Made by a program: the position numbers and the translations under genes
NCBI RefSeq assembly: GCF_963515875.1
Contig: NZ_CAUPZX010000004.1
Span: forward strand, 8,461-72,460
Direction of reading: 5' to 3'
DNA from: an uncultured Gemella sp.
GTDB taxonomy: Bacteria; Bacillota; Bacilli; Staphylococcales; Gemellaceae
DNA length: 64,000 bases
Notes under the pieces: generated by a model
Database searches by the model: none
Told to the model about the DNA's origin: nothing
Seen by the model: the letters and a program-made list of their open reading frames with translations, nothing else
In this document: piece after piece, positions 63,987 through 64,000 of the stretch
Layout of the letters: each line of letters starts with the position of its first letter
Numbering within the stretch: position 1 is the stretch's first letter

Positions 63987-64000
63987 ATGATTGAAAGATA
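63987..64000 (+). CDS. purB: Probable start of adenylosuccinate lyase (runs off window)
   Basis: SD AGGAG then ATG ATT GAA AGA TA (MIERY), the usual Firmicute PurB N-terminus, after purD; only 14 nt visible. Confidence 0.55.

Overview
This is an AT-rich, low-GC Firmicute chromosomal segment. Gene content (dimeric glyQS, OatA, acpS-alr-tex, fused single-chain PurL) suggests Bacillales, most plausibly Gemella, though that is an inference. Most of it is housekeeping: the 3' end of rpoD, sepF-ylmG-ylmH, six tRNAs, rimM-trmD-rpsA-der, acpS-alr-tex-oatA, gltX, rplM-rpsI, rpsD, ald, ddl-murF, uvrB, fba, glyQS and the purEKLCFMNHD(B) operon. Accessory elements are a split PhnD/PhnD/PhnC/PhnE ABC transporter locus, one complete ISL3 element with an 8-bp target duplication, four copies of a palindromic dispersed repeat, and two Rpn-family (PD-(D/E)XK) genes. 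The most notable locus is 45657-47594. There an Rpn gene has an internal Shine-Dalgarno plus in-frame ATG defining a small C-terminal protein, the layout of Rpn toxin/intragenic-antitoxin defence systems. It is followed by tandem stand-alone copies that start exactly at that ATG, and the cassette is bracketed by a duplicated 3' end of an M42 peptidase gene. All calls come from reading the sequence and recognising families; no database searches were run.
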